A DNA stretch of 62,057 bases, the filler included. It is 7 parts of 7 records of this genome, joined end to end, with 100 filler letters (N's around TTAATTAATTAA, not from the genome) between each part and the next. Parts side by side here need not be neighbours in the genome. Positions count along the whole stretch, not along the records: positions 56,137 to 62,057 come from SRR31147125_4107; 6 more parts are not named here. One strand, given 5' to 3'. The number at the start of each line of letters is the position of its first letter. Positions within the stretch are counted from its first letter, which is position 1. A program made the position numbers and the translations under genes. Shown here piece after piece: positions 56,137-62,057 of the stretch. The notes below the pieces were generated by a model. The model ran no database searches and was not told the origin of the DNA. It saw nothing but the letters and a program-made list of their open reading frames with translations.

Positions 56137-57320
56137 TTTTTGAGGCATTCATATATTCTATTCCAGGTTCTTTCAATATCATGGTCTAAGCCGACAGAAA
56201 AACGTATTAACCCTTCACTTAATCCCATTTTTCTTTGTACATCCTCCGGGATTTCCGAGGATGTACTTTTCCCTGAGTTGCTAAACAATGTTTTAAAATA
56301 GCCCAGGCTTACGGCAAGGTATCCGATGTCTTTTTTTTGCATGGCCTGCATAATGTTAGAGGCATTTTCATCGGTTTGTAAATCAATGGCAAGCATCCCG
56401 CCAAATCCATATTCCGAATTCATGAGTTCAATCATCCTCTCATGTTGCGGATGTTCTTTAAGACCCGGATAAATAACCCGAATTCCAGCTTCGCTAAATT
56501 TCTGTGCCAGGTAGATGGCATTTTTACTGTGTTGTTGAATTCGGATATGTAGTGTATTCAAATTCTTTAAAATAGAAGATGAGCGAAGAGGATCCAGAAC
56601 TGGGCCAAGCAACATAGCGGTTCCTGCATTTACATCACTTAACGAATCAATAAATTCATTCGTTCCACAGATGGCACCGGCTACACAATCGTTTTTACCA
56701 TTGATAAATTTTGTCATACTATAAACCACAATATCAGCACCGAGTTGCGCCGGGGATAAAATCATGGGACTAAAAGTGTTATCCACAATAAGTTTAATGT
56801 TGGCTTCCTTGGCAATCTCAGAAAGTTTTGGGATGTCAGAAAGAACTAACAAAGGATTCGTCAACGATTCGGTATAAATTAACCGGGTATTCGATTTTAT
56901 TTCGGCTTTTACCGATTCAAGATCAGATATATCAACAAATGAAACTTCAATATTGAATTTTGGGAGGTAGTTTTTTAAAAAGGCATATGTGCCACCATAT
57001 GTTGTAACACTTGTAATTATGTGGTCGCCACATTTACATAATTGCAGTATCGCGCATGTAATGGCAGCCATTCCGGAAGCTGTTATCCAAGCTGATTCAG
57101 TTCCTTCCATCGCAGCAATGGCATCGGCTAAATATTTATTGCTCGGGTTCCAATGCCGTGAATATAAAAAGCACCCTTTCCCCTCTCCATGAAAGGTATC
57201 TTCCATGGTATGTGCTTCTAAAAATGTAAATGTGGATGAGTCTGTTATTGATGGATTTACACCACCGAATTCTCCAAATTGTTTTAAATCTTGAATATTG
57301 CTAGCTGGATCAAAAGTCAT
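56137..57320 (-). CDS. Cys/Met metabolism PLP-dependent enzyme (methionine gamma-lyase-like), 3' end at the contig edge
   Basis: LYSRHWNP, ASGMAAI, YGGT, VDNTF, SMTKFING and IRFSVG. Confidence 0.9.
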
Positions 57321-57420
57321 AATCTTAGTTTTTTAGTATCAAAACAAATTATAATTATTAATTTGTGAATGCAATGATATTTTATAGGTTTACATAATTA
57401 ATATTAACTAAAGAAGTCCC

Positions 57421-58866
57421 ATGAAATCAAGAAAATCTTTTACCCCATTCATTTTGTTTCTCATATCTGTATTGTTGGTTCAATGCTCTAAGGATAAAAA
57501 AATGAATGTTTTATATATCATGACAGATGACTTGAACTGCAACATCAGTGCATATGATCACTACCTTGTAAAAACTCCGAATATTGATAACCTCGCTAAT
57601 GAAGGCATGCTTTTTACCAATGCTTTCTGCAACTTTCCATTGTGTGGCCCATCACGGGGTAGCATGATGACAGGCCTTTACCCGGATCAGACAGGGCATC
57701 ATGCATTAAGAGATTTGATTAGAGAACATGTTCCTGAGGTAACTACAATGTCTCAGGTATTTATGAATAATGGCTATGAAGCAACCCGGGTTGGTAAAAT
57801 CTATCATTACGATAATCCAAGTGGGATTGGAACTCCTGGCCACGATGATTCACTATCCTGGAATTATAGGTATTACCCCGTGGGGAGGGATAAAGATGAA
57901 GAAGATAAAATTTTTACCCTTGTTCCCGGACAATTCGGTGCAACACTTAGTTGGATGGCCGCAGAAGGTACTGATGAAGAACAAACAGATGGTATGGTGG
58001 CTACAAAATCAATTGAATTGTTAAAACAATATTCTGAAGAAGAACAACCATTTTTCTTAGCTGTAGGATTTTACAAACCACATACGCCATATGTTGCTCC
58101 CAAAAAATATTTTGAGATGTATCCGAAAGATAAAATAAAGGTTCCCGTTGTTCCTGAAGGATATCTTTCAACATTGCCAATTCCGGCGCAAAAATCATTA
58201 ACCCGGTTTAAACCTCAAAATAACCTGCCCGATTCACTCGCCATAAGCGCTATTCAGGCGTATTATGCAACCATATCGTTCCTTGATGCTCAAATAGGCA
58301 GACTTCTTGGGGCATTAAAAGAGTATGGCTTAGACGATAATACAATAGTCGTGTTTACGTCCGATCATGGTTATCATATGGGCGAACATGGTTATTATCA
58401 AAAGAAAACATTGTTTGAACACTCAGGTAGGATTCCTTTGGTTATTTCATATCCTGATATGCAAACCAAAGGTAAAAGAACAAATTCTATAGTTGAGATG
58501 ATAGATTTGTATCCCACAGTTTGTAATCTTGCCGGGGTAATACCTCCTGAATATATTGCAGGTAAGGATATCTCTCCTGTTTTGCAGGATCCGAATACAA
58601 AAACGCGGGAATCTGCATTAACACAAATAGATAATGGTTATACCATTAGAACCGCAGATTACAGGTACACAAGGTGGAAAGAAGGCGGAGAAGGCATGGT
58701 GGAATTTTATGACAGGAAATCAGATCCTGCGGAAATGATCAATCTTGCTGATGATGAAAGTTATGATGAAATGATGGATGAACTCGACATGCAACTGGAT
58801 GAAAGGATTAAAGAAGCATCAGTACCTCCGGTAGGACTTGAAGTGATTAAAGATTTAGGAAAGTAA
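57421..58866 (+). CDS. Cys-type sulfatase (iduronate-2-sulfatase-like), lipoprotein
   Basis: Lipobox LVQC, TDDLN, CGPSR, GKIYH, KPHTP, SDHGYH. Confidence 0.93.
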   Translation: MKSRKSFTPFILFLISVLLVQCSKDKKMNVLYIMTDDLNCNISAYDHYLVKTPNIDNLANEGMLFTNAFCNFPLCGPSRGSMMTGLYPDQTGHHALRDLIREHVPEVTTMSQVFMNNGYEATRVGKIYHYDNPSGIGTPGHDDSLSWNYRYYPVGRDKDEEDKIFTLVPGQFGATLSWMAAEGTDEEQTDGMVATKSIELLKQYSEEEQPFFLAVGFYKPHTPYVAPKKYFEMYPKDKIKVPVVPEGYLSTLPIPAQKSLTRFKPQNNLPDSLAISAIQAYYATISFLDAQIGRLLGALKEYGLDDNTIVVFTSDHGYHMGEHGYYQKKTLFEHSGRIPLVISYPDMQTKGKRTNSIVEMIDLYPTVCNLAGVIPPEYIAGKDISPVLQDPNTKTRESALTQIDNGYTIRTADYRYTRWKEGGEGMVEFYDRKSDPAEMINLADDESYDEMMDELDMQLDERIKEASVPPVGLEVIKDLGK

Positions 58867-59026
58867 TTCTGGTATAACAAATCGTTTTAAAAGAGCCGTT
58901 AGTGTTTGTTTCACTTTAATCGTCAGTGGAATATATAAACTATGTGTGAAGTAGGTTAGAAATGGCACATGCAAATTACCATGATGCCTTTCTTTTTTTA
59001 TATTTGCCTTTTTAACTACTATATAT

Positions 59027-59575
59027 TTGGAGCATTCAGTTCATACGAGGGATAAATTTTTATTTTCATTAATTACAAAGGGAGATAGGAATGCATTCAA
59101 TATTTTATTTGAATATTATTATTCTGGATTAGTAGTATATGCAAACCAGTTCCTCTCAGACATAAAAGAATCTGAAGAAATTGCCCAGGATATTTTCCTG
59201 AAAATATGGGAAGACAAAGAGAAACTTTATATCCATTCATCGGTTCGGGATTATTTGTTCAAATCTGTAAAAAACAAATGCCTTGATTATCTAAAACATC
59301 AGAAGGTAAAAGGTAAATTCGTACAAGCAGAAAAAGACTTTTCATCCATTAGTGAAAATTACGATTTATATGTGGAGCACGAATTACGTGAATTGATAAA
59401 CACCACGGTAGAAAAATTGCCATCAGAATGCAGAAAAGTATTTGTTTTAAGCAGGATCCAGAATCTTAAATACAAAGAGATTTCGAAAGAATTAGGGATT
59501 TCAATAAAGACTGTCGAAAATCAAATATCAAAAGCATTAAAGATTTTCAGGAATGTGTTAAAGGATTATTTGTAG
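59027..59575 (+). CDS. ECF sigma-70 factor (Bacteroidota type)
   Basis: QDIFLKIWE, VKNKCLDYLKH, LPSECRKVF and SIKTVENQISKALK. Confidence 0.93.
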   Translation: MEHSVHTRDKFLFSLITKGDRNAFNILFEYYYSGLVVYANQFLSDIKESEEIAQDIFLKIWEDKEKLYIHSSVRDYLFKSVKNKCLDYLKHQKVKGKFVQAEKDFSSISENYDLYVEHELRELINTTVEKLPSECRKVFVLSRIQNLKYKEISKELGISIKTVENQISKALKIFRNVLKDYL

Positions 59576-59627
59576 ATTTTTTTTTAAGAATGTATCTAAA
59601 ATAAATACATAAAAGTTCTATTTTTTC

Positions 59628-59727
59628 TTCTCTGTGCAACTCTGTGTATTCTCTGTGCAACTCTGTGTTATAGTTCTTTAAATTTATTGCACAGAGAACC
59701 GCAAAGGAGACACTGAGACACACAAAG
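59628..59727. repeat. CTCTGTG/CACAGAG heptamer-based direct and inverted repeat
   Basis: TTCTCTGTGCAACTCTGTGT at 59628 and 59649; inverted TTGCACAGAGAA at 59687; degenerate copies follow. Confidence 0.75.
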
Positions 59728-59807
59728 ACTTTTTTGACACCTTTTTAAAAAAATAATCACCTCCGCATAGGGGTAAATCAAAATATTGTCGTCTATATAA
59801 TCAGAAC

Positions 59808-60920
59808 ATGGAAAAATTCGAAAACATAGAAGAAATTATCCTAAGGGTTTTGTCTAATTCAGCAACAAAAGAAGAAGTAGCTATTGTTGATGAATGGAAA
59901 AATTCTGACAAGGAGAATTTACAATTATTCGAAGAATATAAAAAAACAAACCAGGTTTGGGACAATTACTCACAGTCTTTAAAAATTGATACAAAAAAAG
60001 GGCTGGAACAATTAAATAAAAAACTAGATCCACAGAATAAAACACCACTTTTCTTCTTAAAATATGCAAGAGTAGCGGCAATTCTTTTACCATTTATAGT
60101 TATTGGTTCATTGTATTTTTTCCTTTCAAATGAAAAGCCGGTTGGAGTTGAATCATCAAGGAAGGTGGTAAGTTCTTACGGAACCCGTAATCAAATTACA
60201 TTACCCGATGGCTCTGTCGTTTGGTTAAATGCAGGAAGTTCATTGGAATATCCTTTGGCTTTTGCAGGAAATAAAAGAGAAGTTACCCTAACTGGCGAAG
60301 GTTATTTTGATGTTGTTAAAAACCCGAATAAACCTTTTTATGTGAAAGCAGAGAACATGTACGTAAAAGCTCTGGGTACTTCTTTTAATGTAAGGGTATA
60401 TCCTGGAGAAGACAGGATTGAAACCACACTTTTGTCGGGAAATGTGCACTTGGTAACACGAAGCGCCAAAGAAGAGAAAACCCTTGTCCAGATGAAACCC
60501 GATCAACATATCATATTTAATAAGGATAAAAATAAACTAACTCTGATTGATGAGCAGGAAGAAATAAAAGAAGCTGCCAAAAAGTTTGCACTAAAAAGCG
60601 ATGAAGCAATTACGCCCCTGGAAGCGAAAGTTACAACCAACAAACATACTTCCTGGGTTTCAGGGAAATTAATTTTCAGAAACGATTCTATGGAAGAAAT
60701 CGCCAGGAGGCTTGGCAGATGGTATAATGTAGATATTATTATCGCAGATAAAGAAGTAAAAGATTATAACTATACAGCAACATTTACGAATGAAACACTT
60801 GAGCAGATATTGGATCTGTTAAAATTATCTGCTCCTATAGATTACAAGATTAACAGGCAGGATAAGTCGGATGACGATAGTTTTGGAAGAAAACAGGTCA
60901 TAATCCGATTAAGAAGATAA
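59808..60920 (+). CDS. FecR family anti-sigma factor
   Basis: One TM, LPDGSVVWLNAGS, GEGYFDV, LGTSFNV and SWVSGKLIF. Confidence 0.94.
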   Translation: MEKFENIEEIILRVLSNSATKEEVAIVDEWKNSDKENLQLFEEYKKTNQVWDNYSQSLKIDTKKGLEQLNKKLDPQNKTPLFFLKYARVAAILLPFIVIGSLYFFLSNEKPVGVESSRKVVSSYGTRNQITLPDGSVVWLNAGSSLEYPLAFAGNKREVTLTGEGYFDVVKNPNKPFYVKAENMYVKALGTSFNVRVYPGEDRIETTLLSGNVHLVTRSAKEEKTLVQMKPDQHIIFNKDKNKLTLIDEQEEIKEAAKKFALKSDEAITPLEAKVTTNKHTSWVSGKLIFRNDSMEEIARRLGRWYNVDIIIADKEVKDYNYTATFTNETLEQILDLLKLSAPIDYKINRQDKSDDDSFGRKQVIIRLRR

Positions 60921-61103
60921 TTAATTTGTATGCTAACTAAAATATGAGATGATGAAAATATTCAGTACCGGATATACATAAGTGTATACCAACTTCCAAT
61001 TGACATATTAAAAAAAATGCGGGGCGAACCCCGCAAATACTGTTGTACCCTAATTGGCCGTTAGAGCACAGCAAATAGTATTAACTTAAAACGAATCAAA
61101 ATT

Positions 61104-62057
61104 ATGAAAAAAAGAGTTCATTACGAAAAAGAAAAGTTTAAAAAACTATTGCTAACTATGAAAATGATTGTAATCCTTAGCACTGTGGCTGTCTTTCATG
61201 CAATGGCAGTCGACTCATATTCTCAAAATACAAAGCTTAGTTTAGAAGCAAATTCTACAACTATTGAGGATGTATTGCTTGAGATTGAAAATATGTCTGA
61301 ATTTTATTTTCTATATAACAATAAATTGGTTGATGTCTCCAAGCAAGTAGATGTTAAGTATAGTAATATGAAAATAAATGAGATATTAACTGATTTGTTT
61401 GATGGAGAGAGTGTGAAATATATTGTTCTGGACAAACAGATCATTTTATCACCCGGAAATTTAAATTCATCTGTTGCGCAAGAATATATCGTAAAAGGTA
61501 AAATTACAGATACCAATGGAGATCCTTTACCTGGTGTTAACATCAGTGAAAAAGGTACAACTAACGGGGCTGTGACGGATTTAGACGGTAACTATACAAT
61601 CTCGGTAAGTTCTGCAAATTCTATTTTAGTGTTTTCTTACATTGGATATTTAACTGAGGAAGTAACAGTTGGTGGCCAAACTGTTGTTGATATTGCCCTT
61701 GTTGAGGACATCACTTCTTTGGATGAGGTGGTTGTTATTGGCTACGGCTACTCAAAGAAAAGCGATTTAACAGGTTCTGTTTCATCAATTGGGACTGATG
61801 AACTCGAGAACCATCCTGTTATCCGCATTGAAGATGCACTAAAAGGCAAGGCTGCCGGTATCCAGGTTCAAAAACAAAATGGAGCTCCAGGTGCGGGCAT
61901 AAAAATTAGGATCAGGGGAGCTAATTCTATCAACGGTAGTAACGAGCCTTTGTATGTAATTGATGGTTATGTTGGGGCGGATGCTTCTTCTTTAAATCCG
62001 AGCGAGATAGAGTCTATTAATATCTTGAAAGATGCTTCTTCTACAGCTATTTATGGT
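61104..62057 (+). CDS. SusC/RagA TonB-dependent receptor with an N-terminal STN signalling domain, 3' truncated (absent from the ORF track)
   Basis: Translates as MKKRVHY...SYSQNTKLSL...EIENMSEFYFLYN...PLPGVNI...LDEVVVIGYG...DLTGSV...IRIRG.NS...PLYVIDG...LKDASSTAIYG. Confidence 0.93.
   Translation, partial: MKKRVHYEKEKFKKLLLTMKMIVILSTVAVFHAMAVDSYSQNTKLSLEANSTTIEDVLLEIENMSEFYFLYNNKLVDVSKQVDVKYSNMKINEILTDLFDGESVKYIVLDKQIILSPGNLNSSVAQEYIVKGKITDTNGDPLPGVNISEKGTTNGAVTDLDGNYTISVSSANSILVFSYIGYLTEEVTVGGQTVVDIALVEDITSLDEVVVIGYGYSKKSDLTGSVSSIGTDELENHPVIRIEDALKGKAAGIQVQKQNGAPGAGIKIRIRGANSINGSNEPLYVIDGYVGADASSLNPSEIESINILKDASSTAIYG

Noticed and set aside
1..62057. CRISPR arrays, transposases, integrases, riboswitches, and the many antisense or nested ORFs in the track
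   Set aside because: No repeat-spacer array or mobile-element gene is seen, and no riboswitch consensus is recognised. The nested ORFs are shadows of well-supported genes.

Overview
The window is not one locus. It is seven apparently unrelated contigs joined by 100-nt N/TTAATTAATTAA/N spacers (1-12720, 12821-25965, 26066-33072, 33173-41462, 41563-50272, 50373-56036, 56137-62057), and they differ in base composition and gene style. More than a dozen genes are split by single-base losses, mostly in homopolymer runs, which points to long-read errors rather than pseudogenes. (1) AT-rich contig: LolA-like and outer-membrane protein pair, HAD hydrolase, MaoC-like ORF, YtfQRT/YjfF-type sugar ABC operon, YesM/YesN-type two-component pair, LysE. 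(2) MSHA/type IV pilus-like locus: secretin, TPR protein, PilB, PilC and three tandem paralogous pilins, facing a convergent ABC/TPR-like module. (3) MCP-hemerythrin, C_GCAxxG_C_C protein, MNT-HEPN fusion, a second MCP and a DEAD-box helicase end. (4) thrA-thrC, an archaeal-type thymidylate synthase, thrH and a YncE/phosphatase gene. (5) ppdK, MgtC, TetR and a GH2/GH36/GPH galactoside operon. (6) A sigma54-preceded hypothetical, Smr, ispG, PfkB, PPIase, GT2, DedA and a partial tRNA-Pro. (7) Bacteroidota-type PLP lyase, sulfatase and ECF sigma-FecR-SusC. No CRISPR array, mobile element or rRNA is visible. The best candidates for something little described are the three-pilin filament locus with its ABC module, the nucleotidyltransferase fused to a HEPN lacking its catalytic motif, and the archaeal-type thymidylate synthase among threonine genes. 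None can be called novel without database searches.
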